Positions 12,571-25,760 of a stretch of DNA of 64,000 bases are shown here, piece by piece. This stretch comes from Lama guanicoe. Taxonomy: Eukaryota. Position 1 is the first letter of the stretch. Every line of letters begins with the position of its first letter. The notes below the pieces were generated by a model that saw only the letters and a program-made list of their open reading frames with translations, did not search any database and was not told the DNA's origin. A program made the translations under genes and the position numbers. The DNA is taken from positions 992,001 through 1,056,000 of the forward strand of contig MU053881.1 of the NCBI GenBank assembly GCA_013239625.1, read 5' to 3'.

Positions 12571-14664
12571 TGTGTGGGGCGGGGAGGCCAGCTGCCTCTG
12601 GGGAGGGAGCACAGTTGTGAGTGGAGCCCTGAGGAGGCGGAAGCAGTCCCCTGGTGCTGACAGCTGGCCAGGCAGCAGTCTCCTCTCAGGGACGGCCTGG
12701 GGTACCTGTGGTCTGTATCCGCCTGGAGCTGCTGTCAGCTCACCTGCCGGCTTCCGGGGGGGCCCCCCGAGGGCCAGCTCAGTGCTGCTGGTGAGCGGGC
12801 TGTGTTGCTGTGTGTGGGTGCCTGGCCATGCCCAGGGAGGGCACCGGGCATCTGCTTGGGGTCACCATTCACACACTGGGACCCTGCCACTGTCTCCCAA
12901 AGTGACACCCGGGGGCCTGGTCCCCTGTTGGGAGCAGGATCCCACGGGGCACTTGATCCCACGTGTCAAGCTCCCCTGCATGCGACCCCGGCCTGCCTTT
13001 ATTCTGGGCGCGGTGCCTTTGGATATCACTGGCCCTGTGCTCGTGCACCATGGCTAGGCAGCCCATATGGCTCTGGAATTAGTAAATGTCTCAAGGTCAC
13101 CGGTGCTGGGGCCCAGCCCCCCAGCCTGGTTCAGCGCTTGATGAGCGAGAGCCCCATATAGGCAGCGAGTGTCCGAAGGCCTGCGGACTCGCCTGGCCAG
13201 AGCCCAGAGAGCCTGGCCCTCATAGCCCTGTCTCCTCCCATAAATAAACCAGACAAGATCCTCCGTCAGATGGCGTGGCCTGATTTTGGTTTGGGGAAAT
13301 CTGGACAAGAAGGGACAGCGGAAAGCCTCGGGCCCTGGCGGGGCTGCCTGCCCAGGAGAGGCAGCTGGGCAGGCGGGCAGAGGACGGTCGGCGGTCAGCC
13401 TGCCCTGGATACTACGGCGGGCCCTAGAGATCCGAGCAGGAAAGAAGCCAGATCCGAGAGAAACCAAAGTCCGGCAGGGTGCCAGGCTCTCTGTGTGTGT
13501 GAGGCCTGAGATGCCCGGCGTGGGGCTGGTGGCCCAGGAACCCAGGGAGGTCACAGCCCATGGTGAACACGGAAAGCCAGGCTACTTCCAGACCTGGGCA
13601 CCCAGGATGGGTGGGCACAGAGGACACCCCCAACCTCACTCTCTTGATACTACCTTCTCCCTCTGGGGAGACTGAGGCTCAGGGAGGAGAAGGCCGAGCC
13701 AGTGCTGCACAGTGAGGTGCAGGGACTTGCTCTGGGGCTGTCCGTGTGGCGTCTGGCATGTTCCCCACCTGCGTCTTTGTGTCTCTGAAGGGCACATCCA
13801 CCAGGCAGCGCGTCCTCTCTCTGCTGTGAGTGTCTCTGCTTCCTGCTGTGGCCCTGGCTGCTCCCACCCTGCCCCCATCCCAACCATACCTGTGCTAAGG
13901 GGATTTCGGGTTGAGGCTGCAGGCTTCCTGCGAGGTCCAGCTGCCCCACAGCTCCCTGGGTAATAGTTCTGCCCACCTAACCAGCTTTCGTCCACCGGCT
14001 GAACCCCTGGACCCTTGTGAGCCCATGCCCCCTCTGGTCGTGTGGATCCTGCTGGAGGAGCGTCCAACGTGGGAAGGAGCAGGACCCTGCCTCTCGGGCC
14101 CCTGGGACTGAAGGCACCCTTTCTGGGAGGGGTGTGGCATCTTCGGATGTGCTGCCCCCCTGGAATTGCATCCCCATGTCCCCTGCAGCTGTGCAGGCTC
14201 GGCCTTGGAAGCCCGGAAAATTCTGGAATGCTGTGGGCATGTGGGGAGCCCCTTGGCAGGAACCCTGGGACCGACGTCAGCCTGGAGCTGCCCAACGTGG
14301 CTCTGGAGCAGGACTCCCTCTGGTTCCCAGAAGGGGGGTTGGGTTGGAGGGCAGGGTCCTCGCGTCTGCTTGTCTGGCAGTGCGGCGTCCCCATCCCCCT
14401 GGGCCTGTGCTTACTGCTCTGCGTCATGGGAGCAAGAATGTCTGCTCTGGCAGGAGGGCGCGTCGGGAGTCCCATGAGGCCAGCCTTGGGTGTGCTCCAA
14501 CATGTCTGAATGCCGGCCCTGGGGTGTGACTGAGGGTGGCGGACCCTCCTTCCTGCTGCCAGAGATGCTCCCTGGGCAGAAGCCCAGCCAGTCTTATTCT
14601 GGGCCAGGGGCCACCTGCACCCCTGCCAGCAGCCAGCCCCAAATCTGGGCAGTGTTTGTGCACG

Positions 14665-15580
14665 GAGGCTGCGTCCCCCCACCCCCATTCATGAGTCCAA
14701 GTCCTCAGCCCCATTGCCCCAGAACGTGACTGTGTTTGGAGATAGGGTCTTTCCAGATGTTAGGTTACACTGAGGTCATATGAGTGGAGTCCTATCTGAT
14801 GTGACTTCTTATTAAGGAGGGAATTCGCCAAGACATGGAAACAAAACTAAACGTCCATCAACAGAGGGCTAGATAAAGAAGCTGTATATTTATACAATGG
14901 AATACTACTCGGCCATAAAAACGCAATAAAATAATGCCATTTGCAGCAACATGGATGGCTCTGGAGATCATCATTCTAAGTGAAGTAAACCAGAAAGAGA
15001 AAGAAAAATGCCATATGATCACTCATATGTAGAATTTGAAAAAAAAAAGCCACGAATGAACTAATCTACAAAACAGAAACAAACTCACAGACATAGTAAA
15101 CAAACTTATGGTTACCCAGGAGGAGAAGGGGTGGGAAGGGGTAAATTGGGAGCTCGAGATTTGCAAATGCTAGCTACTATATATAAAATAAACAAGTTTA
15201 TATTGTATAGCATGGGGAACTATATTCAATACATTGTAGTAACCTATAATGAACAAGAACATGAAAACAAATGTTATGTATGTACATTTATGGCTGAAAC
15301 ACGATGCTGTGCCCCAGAAACTGACACAACATTGTAAACTGACTACACTTCAATTGAACTCAAAAAAAGAAGAGGGAATTTGGACACAGACACACCAAGA
15401 GGGGTGACCCTGTGAGGACACAAGGAGAAGATGACCACCTAGAAGCCGAGGAGAGAGGCCTCGGAAGACACCAGCCCTGCCACCACCGTGACCTTGGACT
15501 TACGCCTCTAGGACTGTGAGGAATACCTTTCTGGGGGAGCCGCCCAGGCGGCGGTACAGCGTGGAGCCAGAGCAGACTAA
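14665..15580 (+). mobile_element. MaLR LTR (MLT1A/B-like) interrupted by an L1 3' fragment
   Basis: LTR halves at about 14665-14825 and 15372-15580 (gtgactgtgtttggagatagggtctt ... gagagaggcctcggaagacaccagccctgc). Confidence 0.75.
14826..15371 (+). mobile_element. 5'-truncated L1 inserted into the MLT1 LTR
   Basis: L1 ORF2 end and 3'UTR with A tail; TSD gagggaatt at 14817-14825 and 15372-15380. Confidence 0.9.
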
Positions 15581-16899
15581 GGCAGAAGTGCTGGAGGAGG
15601 TGCTGCCCTGGCGTCTTCGGAAGGAATTGTGAGTCAGCAGCTCCTCTTCGGAGCATCGGAGCTGCTGTGAGAGTGAGGTGGTGTGAACGCGGAGGGATGG
15701 TCCCGGGGTTGCCAGGCACGTGGCCCTACGGTGGGACCCTGTGGGCTTTGCTCAGCCACGTGAGTCTCCTGGGGGTCCGGGATGGCTGAGTGACAGTATG
15801 TGCAGGATCTGGGGCTCCATGGCTGCAGGTGGCTGGTGACACCTTGGCTGAGGGCCCCTGCCACCAGTGGCATTGATTACGGGGGCATTAGCCCCATCCT
15901 GATCGTCCTCAGTGCCCCGAATAACGCACATCTAGGGAAAAAGCAGACCTCGGTGCTCCTAGGTAAATGTCCCTGTCCCCCAGCCCCCTGACCAGACCAT
16001 GCAGGTCCTGTCTGGGCCAGACTGGGGGTGATGGAGCTCAGACATGCTGGTCCTAGCCAAGTCAGAGGGTGGGGGGAAGGGCAGGGTGTCCACGGCCCCT
16101 GAGGAGGCGGGGAGGCCATCTGGGAGAGCGGCCCAGGGAGGGGTCTTTTGGCAGGACCTTGAACAGGGAGCCTAAACTTTACTCTGTGAGCTCACCTCCA
16201 CCTCACGTCTCAAGGCCACAGTCTGCTGGGGCCCAGCTGGTGAGATGCGGGAGCCCAGAAAGAGAAATTCCACTTTTTGAGACTTTGGCAGCTGCTCCTA
16301 ACAGCAGGAGTCATTTTCCTTCCTCAGTGGAGAGCGCCCTGTTATTTATGCGAATGTTAATTTGTGACTGGGGACATTCCCCGACGCGGTCTTCGTGCTG
16401 AGGGAGACCTGGGAAATGTCAGCCCCAGCGCCTGGCAGGGACGGTGTCAGGCCTTGTGATGGATGGGTGGGCCTGTGGCGGTTCTGGGGTCTGGGCTTGA
16501 CCTGCTGACCCCTCTCCCTAGACCAGACTGGGAGGCCAGCTCCCGGGGGAGCCACCCCGGCGCGGCCTGACTTAGTGAGAAGACCGACTGGCTGGCCTCT
16601 GCTCTGGCCCCGGGAGGCATTCTTGTCAGCATCTTGTTTATCTCATTTCTCTCCCTTATCTTTCTCTTCCTAGCCCTTCCCCTTTCCCTGCTCCTTTCTT
16701 TAAACAATTATCTGTTTTGATGTGTGCTTTTTGTAAAAAAAACAAAAAAAACTAACAAACAAAAAAACCCAGAAAAACAAAAAACCCCCAAAACTCACAA
16801 CATGCAGAAAATACTAATAAAAAAGCAAAACTCACACCAAACCTTGACATTGTTAACTTTGTTATACCTGTGTCCAGACGACTCCCATTTCATGTTAAT

Positions 16900-17100
16900 G
16901 ATAACGATGGTATTGGGCTAGTTAATAAGCTAGCTGTGCGCTAAGTGCTCTGTCTGGTTTAACCCTCACACCACCTGTGCGAATATTCTTACTATCCTCA
17001 TTTTGCCCTGGAGACGCTGGAGCCCAGAGCCCACCGTTAGCCAGCGCTGAAGGCAGCATGTGAACGGAAGCCGAGCGACTTGGACGGCTTCCCTGCATGA
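16900..17100 (-). mobile_element. MIR SINE, degenerate
   Basis: ctaagtgctct...tttaaccctcacaccacctgtg...tatcctcattttgccctggagacgctggagcccagag matches the MIR core. Confidence 0.55.
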
Positions 17101-17199
17101 GGCTGTGCTGACATCAGGCATGGAGACGTGTGTGACTTTGCATAAGTGCATCATTGTCCTGGAGCTGGGCCTGCCTTCCTTGGTCAGCAACATGCCATG

Positions 17200-17700
17200 G
17201 ATGTGTTTGTTCCTTATGTGTAAAAAGTCTCACCTGTAAAACGCTTTTGGTCCAACATAAATTTGGAAATTTGATAGTTTTCTTTTGCAGGTCATAGAAA
17301 GTTTTGGAAGGAATCTGACCATTTACATTTATTGTTATAACGCATCTATTTGATGTTACTTCTGTCATCTTATGTTTTCTGTTTTTACGGTCTTTTGGGC
17401 TGTTTTTCTGTTTGCTGTCTGTTCTGTCCTCCTTCATCTTCAGTTATTTGGAAGGAATATGGTTGTTTTTCTAGTTGTGGCTTTTTTTTTTTTTTTTTTT
17501 TTTTTTAGTATTCTTAAAAATATGTCTGACAACTTCAGCAGCTTGTCAGTAAGTACGGATCCTTCTATGGAAGACTGAGAAATTAATGCAGCTAAACTAC
17601 TTCTTTTGTCCCTCCTCTACGCTTTTCTTTCATTTTTTTATTGACTTGTTTGACAGTTTTTGCCCCAGCTTATTAAAGTTGAAGTACAAATTATTTTTAC
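17200..17700 (-). mobile_element. Old L1 fragment (ORF2 N-terminus region)
   Basis: The minus ORF contains VITINVNGQIPS, resembling the L1 endonuclease start ITLNVNGLN. Confidence 0.55.
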
Positions 17701-18949
17701 ATTGCATAGACTTCCTTTCCAGAATATATGGTAAATGACTTCTGGGTTGTAATCATAATGATCACAGTGGAACGGATGATGAGGTCAGTGCTGGTCCTCT
17801 CAACCTGCGATTTCCCTGTTTGTGGGGACTCGATTTTGAAGGCAAGTCTGGGCTGCACGAAGTGGCAGGTGAGGAGTGATGGAGAGAGGTGTAGAGCGGC
17901 GCTGAGGCGGCCACTGTTGAGAGGATTCGCTCCTGCAGCAGAGGTGGGCATGGTGCCTCTACGCACCATCGTCGCCGCTTCTGGAGGCTCTGAATTGCTC
18001 AAGGTCCTATATCTGGTTAGTTTGCAGAGTTCAGGGTCCCATCCCAATCTCTTGGCTTTCCAGGCCAGCGTTCCCCAAAGGTGGGCCTAAGAAGTGAATT
18101 AATGTGACACCACACATGACATTAGAAAGCGTTGGATCCTATCACAGTCCTAGTTGGCTTCTTGGCAGAAAATGACAAGCTAAAATTCATACGAAAATAC
18201 AAGAAGCCCAAAATAGTCAATTTTGAAAAAGAAGAACAAAGGTAGAGGACTCACACTTTCTTATTTCAGAACTTACTGCAGAGCTACAGTTCAAAAATGT
18301 GTGGTACTGGCAGAAAGATAAACATATAGATCAATGACATAGAACTGAGGATCCAGAAATAACTCTTCACATTGATTTATGACAAGGGTGTCAAAACAAT
18401 TTAATGGAGGAAAGAATAGTTTTTTCAACGCGTGGTGCTGGGACAGTTGGATAAGCCACAAGCAAAAGAATGAAGTTGGACGCCTATCTCATATCATATA
18501 AAATTAACTCAAAAAGATCATAGATCTAAATATAAGATTTAAAACTATGAAGTTCTTTAAACATATGGGAGTAAATCTTCACTGTTTTGGGTGTTTTGGC
18601 AAAAGCTTAGATGTGACACCAAAAGCACAAATGATCAAAGAAAAAAATAGATAAGTTGGACCTCGTGAACGTCCTTGATTACTTCAAAGAACACCATCAA
18701 GAAAGTGAAAAGAGAGCCTACAGAGTGATAGAAAATGTTTGCAAATTATATCACTAATAGGAACTTGTATCTAGGATATATAAAGAACTCTTACAAGTCA
18801 ATTAAAAATTAAATTCATCCAATTAAAAGAAGAGCAACGAGTCTGAATAGTTATTTCTCCAAAGAAGAGAAACAGATGGCCGATAAACACATGAAAAGAT
18901 GCTCATTGTTCTTAGTTATCAGGGGAATTCAAATCAAAGACATAATGGA

Positions 18950-19558
18950 CAACCTAAATGTCCATCAACAGATGATTAGATAAAGAAGATGTGGGGTGTG
19001 TGTGTGTGTGTGTNNNNNNNNNNNNNNNNNNNNNNNNNNNNNNNNNNNNNNNNNNNNNNNNNNNNNNNNNTATATCTATCTCCAATGGAATATTACTCAG
19101 CCATAAAAAAGAATGAAACAATGCCATTTGCAGTAACATGGATGGACCTAGAGATGATCATATTGAGTGAAGTAAGTCAGACAGAGAAAGACAAATACCA
19201 TATGATATCACTTATATGTGGAATCTAAAAAAAATAATATAAGTTCTACTTACAAACCAAAAACAGACTTACAGACATAGAAAACAAACTATGGTTACCA
19301 AAGGGGAAAGGGCAGGGAGGGATAAATTAGGGGTTGGGGATGAACAGACACATATTATTATATATAAAATAGATAAACAATATGGACAAGGAACTATAGC
19401 ACAGAGAACTATATTCAGTTTCTTATAATAACATATGATGGAAAAGAATCTGAAAAGAAAAAAAATACGTATGTTTATGTATAACTGAGTCACTTTGCTA
19501 TTCACCTGAAACTGACATTGTAAATCAACTACACTTCAATAAAAATTTGTTTAAAAAC
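18950..19558 (+). mobile_element. Younger L1 3' fragment nested in the older L1
   Basis: MEYYSAIKKNETMPFAVTWMDLEMIILSEVSQTEKDKYHMISLICGI peptide, 3'UTR and aataaaaa end; TSD cataatgga at 18941-18949 and 19559-19567. Confidence 0.9.
19014..19070. other. Assembly gap (57 N) following a (TG)n microsatellite
   Basis: Run of n characters after tgtgtgtg and before tatatctatc. Confidence 0.99.
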
Positions 19559-19790
19559 CATAATGGAATACCACTCTATACCCATGAGGATGGCTAGAAG
19601 GAAAGAGATAAATAGTAACAAGTATTGGTGAGGACGTGGAGAAATTGGGACCCTTATAACTGCAGATGGGAATGTAAAATGGTGTCGCTGCTTTGGGAAA
19701 CAGTCTGACACAGAGTGACCGTGTGACCCAGCAATTCCATTCCTAGATCTGTACTCAAGAGACATGAAAATATGTCCCTACAAAACCTTG

Positions 19791-20467
19791 TTTCACATAT
19801 ACATATATATATTTTAATTGAAGTATAGTCAGTTTATAATGTGTCAGTTTCTGGTGTACAGCATAATGTTTCAGTCATACATACACATACGTATATTCAT
19901 TTTCATATTCTTTTTAATTATAGGTTACTACAAGATATTGAATATAGTTCCCTGTGCTCTACAGTATGAACTTCTTGTTTACCTATTTTATATATATTAG
20001 TTAGTATCTGCAAATCTTGACCTCCCAATTTATCCCTTCCCACCCTCTTCCCCTGCTGGTAACTGTCAGTTTGTTTACTATGTCTGTGAGTCTGTTTCTC
20101 TTTTGTAAATAAGTTCATTTGTCTTTTTTTTCAGATTCCACATAAGAGTGATATCATATGGTATTTTTCTTTCCCTTTCTGACTTACTTCACTTAGAATG
20201 TCATTCTCCAGGAACATCCATGTTTCTTCAAATGGCATTATTTTATCCTTTTTATGGCTGAGTAGTATTCCACTGTGTAAATATACCCCAAATTCTCTAT
20301 CCAGTCATCTGCTGATGGACATTTAGTTTATTTCCATGTCTTGGCTATTGTAAATAGTGCTGCTATGAGCATTAGGGTACATGTGTCTTTTTGAATTAGA
20401 GTTCCCTCTGGATATATGCCCAGGAGTAGGATTGCTAGATCATTTGGTAAGTCTGTTTTTAGTTTTT
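19791..20467 (-). mobile_element. Younger L1 3' fragment nested antisense in the older L1
   Basis: Camelid-type L1 3' end; 14-bp TSD cctacaaaa(c/t)cttg at 19777-19790 and 20468-20481. Confidence 0.92.
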
Positions 20468-20955
20468 CCTACAAAATCTTGTGCATGTATGTTCAAAGCA
20501 GCATTATTCATAAAAGCCAAAAAGTGGAAACAACCCAAATGTCCATCAGCCAATGAATGGATAAATAAAATGTGGTACATCTGTCGATGGAGTATTACTT
20601 AACAATAAAAAATGAATTCAAGTACAGATATATTACCTACATAACAAGAATCTTGAAAAACAGTAAGTGAACAAAACCAGCCACAAAAGAACACATACTT
20701 TGTGATTCTATTTATGTGAAATGTCCAAAATAAACAAATCCTTAGAGATAGAAAGTAGATAAGTGGTTGCCAGGGGCTGGTTCATGTGTGCGTGTGTGTG
20801 TGTGTGTGTGTGTTGGGGAGGGACTGGGAAAAAGTGAGGAATGACTGCTAACGTGTATGAGGTTTCTTTTGGGGTGTTTTGAAAATGTTTTAAAATCGAT
20901 TGTGGTGATGGTTGAATTGTACAGGGTAGGTGAGTGAATTGTGTGCTATGTGAAT

Positions 20956-21000
20956 TATATATATAGATATATATATACATATATATATCTATATATCTAT
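20956..21000. repeat. (TA)n-rich microsatellite
   Basis: Visible directly. Confidence 0.9.
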
Positions 21001-24000
21001 CTCAGCAAAGGTGTTAAATATTTTAAAAAGCATGAATTTCATAGTGAGAAAATTATTCCCTTTTCAGTTTTATTTTAAACTTTCTGATTGAGTCAAGGAG
21101 CGTCTCAATTTGATACTAACAGACCTTTTATCAACACTCTTAATTTTTTTTTTTAATAATGGAGAGAGATGGGTGTTCAGGCTCAGAGTCTTAGCAGACA
21201 GGGGTATCAAGCTAGAACTGAATGAAATCGGGCAAGGCAGAAACTGTGACGGCGGTGAAGAGAATGCTGGAGTTCGGCGCCCCCCCACGCTGGATCTCCC
21301 GGGGGCCAGTGGTCGGAGGGCCAGGCCACGGTCCCAAGCCTGTCCCTGGGAAGTCTGAGCTGGTGGTTTCAGTTCTTTGAACTTTAGAGTCCTCTGGAAA
21401 TGGAGTGTTTTGCTTTGTAGAATTTTAGGGGAGATCGAATTTGCATCGTATTTGAAGGCTCCTGCAGGACACGGGGCTTACATTAGGGCTCAAGCCTGGG
21501 GGCCCCTCAGATGCCACCAAGCCCCTTGGGAACGAAGGGCAGAAGCCTGTGGCACTGGGGCCTGGACAGTGGGCTGCTGTGGCCTGCGGGAGGCCCTGGG
21601 CTTTGTTTTGTCCTCGGAGGCAACGATCCTGGGGAGGAGCGTGTCTCCTGCTCTGAGTTTCTTTGGGTTCTCTCTGCTGGTGCCCCCTTGGTCCTACTGG
21701 AATTACTGAAGGATGACCAGTGCCTAATTCACAGGTCACCAGGCCTGGCGCCCCACTTAGCAGTTGAGGGAACCGGGGTTGCAGAGGGAATAGGACCGGC
21801 TCAGGACTGGCATTTGAAGCCAGGTCTCCTGGCTCTGCATCCAGTGTCACTCCCTCCACTTCGATCTTCGAAGTGGGGCCCAACCTGGCTGGGCACAGAG
21901 CTCCGCTTTTGGGGTGCATGGCTGTCAGCGCCCCATGGTTTTGAACGTCAGAAACTGACCCTGACCAGCTTAGGGCAAAAGAGGGACTTTCTAGAGCAAA
22001 GATTGCAGAGGGCCGGAAATCAAGTCCACGAGGAGGCAGGACCTGCTGGGTGAGCTCACAGGGGCTCTGTGGCGCTCAGGGACAACCCTGTCTGTGGTGC
22101 CTTAGCTCAGCTGTGGGGCCCAGCTCTGGCCACAGCCTCCTGTCTGACGTGGGAGCACAAGCCCTGGCCTCCACTCTGGGGGGAGGGGTGGCTCCCCAAG
22201 AGGAAAGAGAGGTGTGGATGTCACGTGGCAAGAGCCACGTGTGTCCACCGGATGAGGCGGAGAGCAGGGGAGGCAGGGACTGCCACAAGGGCGTCCACAG
22301 ACAGGCCCCCTCCAGGAGGAATGCTCTGGAAGGTGCAGAGCAGTAGCTTTGAGAGACTTGGGAGAGGACAGATTCCTTCATGCGAGTGCTCTCGCCTCCT
22401 GGTGGCCGTTTCCCCCAGAGATGGCTGGTGCTCCTTTTGGAAAAATCAATATGCAAAATACCCTCGTACACTGAACTGTGAAGGGGTCCCCTGGCTGGGA
22501 CGGAGCAGCTTCCATCTGATGAGACTTGGTTCTGGCACCTGTGAGTGGTCCCCTCCCCATCAAGCTTCCAGGGTTGCCTTGGTCTTGCCCAGGTAGCCGG
22601 TAGGGGAAAGGGCATGCCCGAGCGGGCTGGGGCAGGTGCCCTGGAAGCGGCAGGCCCACTAGCCCATCTTCAGACCAGGCTTGGGCTTGGCCACGTGGCC
22701 ACGTGGCCACGTGTCTCCCTGCAGAGCAGGCTGGTGCCCGTTGCCCAGCTGCATCTCAAGGATTCTGTACCAAAAGGAAGAACGGAAGAAAGGATACGGT
22801 TCTCTTGGAGTGAAAATATCTCCAGGAACAGGAGTCTTAGCAGATGCCAGCATTTGCGGGGAATTCCTATGGCAAGAGTATGTGTGTGCGCGCGCACGTG
22901 CGTGTGTGTGTTTCAGAGCAAGGTGGAGTTTGGAGTGACAGCGAACTGATGCAGACGCATGCTGTCTTGTCCTCTGTCAAAATCTGGATCCTTCCGTTTT
23001 TGGATCAGCGTCTTTGTTTCTTTCTATTCTCCATTGTCACCACTGCAACCTTGACAGACGCCTGACAGTCTTGGTGCTGGAGGCTGCAAGAACGACAAGG
23101 CTGAGTGACAGACCTGGTCCTCTCACGCACACGCAGGAGTCTGCCTTGTGCTACTGCCTGTGGCTTCCCCTGAAGGAGCCAGTGAGGGTGGCAAACTGGG
23201 CGCCTAGCAGATGAGAACAGGATGCCTTTCCCTGAGACCCCAACCCTGAGGATGCCAGTGTTTTGTCTGTTTTTTTTCTAATAATGTTTTCATTATTATT
23301 TGTTACAGTGATCTGTGATCAGCGATCTTTGGTGTTACTGTGAGTGTCAGTGTTCTGAGTGCTTTAAAATTCAAAGTAACAGAGGAGATCCATTAAGCCT
23401 CTGGATTCTTATAAATGTTTAACTTTTAGTTTCCATTTCTAGTGACTACTTCATCAAAAACCGAACAGCAAAGGAACAGGGCACAGAAGAAGGGAGAGGT
23501 AGGGCGGGCGTCTTATAATTCACCAAGATCTCAGAACCAGGGATTTGTATGATGACCAGAGAACTGTCGGGTTTCAGGCCCCTGTAGTGGCACCCGAGGG
23601 TCTGGGACAGGGTTCTCTCTGTGAGCCTCCCCCCGGCCAGGCTGGGCAGACGATTAGTCGCAGAGTTCACGAGCAGAGTGGATTTGGGGTGAGAGCCAGG
23701 GTCAGGGCGTCGGCCCCTCTGCGGGACACCAGGCTGCAGGGACGCCGACAGGCTCCTGATTGAGTGCCCTTCATAACGGCGTGCTTCAGGGGCTTCTTTA
23801 ATATTTATCAAGTGGGGAGAGGAAACTGATTCTTATTAATAAAAATTACATGTCAAACCAGATACACTTGCCACCGGCAGCAGGAAAATCAAAGTCCTGG
23901 AAAAATCTCAGCAAAACGTAGCCCACATTCTGTACCTTGTTCTCTTGTCAGTTTTCTTTTCTTTTTTTTCCAGACAGATCATTCCTGGCATGCATACTAA

Positions 24001-25629
24001 AGTACTTTAAACCCAGGCAATCAAACAAACCCTGCTTTCTTTGTGGAGAGCCCCCACCAAGCAGCACCCTGGCCGGTGGCCTTGAGCGGGGCTCGGGTCC
24101 TCGTCCGTTGGTCCTGGCGCTGGTCTTGAGGCAGGCGGCGTCTGGCCTCAGGGTGCCCAGTGCCGGTCACTCATGGGGCTAAGAGTGGTCGGGGCAGGTG
24201 CCGCCCAGGTTCATCAGGGCGACCCGCATGTGTGTTCCACTGATATCTGTCGGAGATGAGTTGATGCTGGTGAGGGATGTGGCTTCTCCATGAGTGGGCT
24301 GTCAGTTAGAAGCCTCTGGCTGAGTGAGGAGACCTGTGTGAACTGGTACCATGCCTCCGATTTGTCCCGCGGGGCTGCAGTGCCCTTCTGTGGGCACTCG
24401 GGGGGGGTCCCTGCTGGGCAGCTTGCCCAACTTGGGCCCTGGCTTCCTGACAGTGACAAGGCCCAGGGCAGCATCAGACAGATCCAGTGCCCCTAGGTCA
24501 GCCCAGCGGCCTCTCACCAGAAGGCCAGCAGAGGAGATGATCCTAATTCTGGCGTAAAGGGACACCCCAAACTCTCCTGGGGTCTCTCAGATCAGAGAGG
24601 ACTGCTTCTCACCAGGTTGTGTCCTGGGTTATTGTCACGCTGGGTCCCTCCAGAACGGCCCCAGGACCCTGGGCCTGTGGCATAGATGGCTCCACGCCCA
24701 GGGTGCAGGGGTCCCTCCAGAAGAGGGGCTGCCCCACTGGACCCTGATGCCCCAGTGTCCTGCCTTAACTGCCACGGTAGGCCTGGGTCTCTACTCAAGA
24801 GATACTTGTTCCACCTGGGGTTTGATTTCTAGACCCTGTGTGTCCCTGGCAGGGCTTCCAACCGCTGGGTCCCAGCAGGCAGGGGGGATGACATCACTTG
24901 GGTTGCAGAGCGCTGCCTACGTGTGCCCTGTGCTACTGCAGCAGTTGCGGGGGGAAGGGGCTACCATGCCTCTTTACAGGCGAGTCATTGGAGGCCCAGG
25001 GAGCCTTGGCACCTGGACTGAGGCCACCTGGCCAGACAGAAATGGTGCCGGGAACCCAGAACATCGGACTCCCAGACTGCGCACCCGCTGCCTCCCCGCA
25101 GTTCATTCCCACACGTCCTTAAATGAACTCCATTAATGAGATGGGGCTGAGACCCGTCTTCCCCCAAACCACAAACATGGGAATGTCAGTGACAGCGAGG
25201 AGAACTCTCGCTGCTATAAACACTCTTACCCACGTGCCAGCGGAAGGGGATGTCCCTCAGTGTCACTGTCCCCCCCATCTGTGTGTCTCTCTCAGAGGAC
25301 GTGTCCCGCCATTTCAGGGTCATTTATTCACTCATCTCGCAAACATTTGCTCACCCTCTCCAGGCCTGGAGGGGCCCTGGGACCCCGGATGAGTCAGAGT
25401 GCGGGGGCCTGAGGGTTCCCACGGGCCTCTCCGCTCCTCTTTCTTCCCACAGACCGGTGACCCTGGTGCCCCAGTCTTGGCCCTCATCGCTCTGGCTCCT
25501 GCCCTTCCTCTTTGCCCCGGAAATCCAGGATGCCTCAAACCCGTGTCCTCAGGGGTCCGCCACTTCTGTGCCTCACCCTGTGCCCCTCAGAGCGTGGCCA
25601 CCCGCTTCATCCTACTGCCCACCGGCACC

Positions 25630-25760
25630 CTGGGCTGGTTTCCTGCGGCTGCTGACAATGACTGCAAACAGCAGAAATGTTTTCTCTCACAGGGCTGGTG
25701 GCCAGAGTCTGGGGGTTGGCAGGGCTGTGGTCCCCCTGGAGGCTTAAGGGGAGACCCCTA
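25630..25760 (-). mobile_element. MaLR LTR fragment
   Basis: tttcctgcggctgctgacaatgactgcaaacagcagaaatgtttctctcacagggctgg...ggttggcagggctgtg is MLT-like. Confidence 0.5.

Larger units (their letters stand above)
18140..20960 (+). mobile_element. Old L1 ORF2 3' part and 3'UTR, host to two nested younger L1 insertions
   Basis: L1 ORF2-like sequence at about 18140-18949, 19559-19790 and 20468-20960 is collinear across the insertions. Confidence 0.85.

Noticed and set aside
13636..14688. 350-aa minus-strand ORF
   Set aside because: Pro/Gly/Arg-rich with no recognisable domain; expected by chance in GC-rich intronic DNA.
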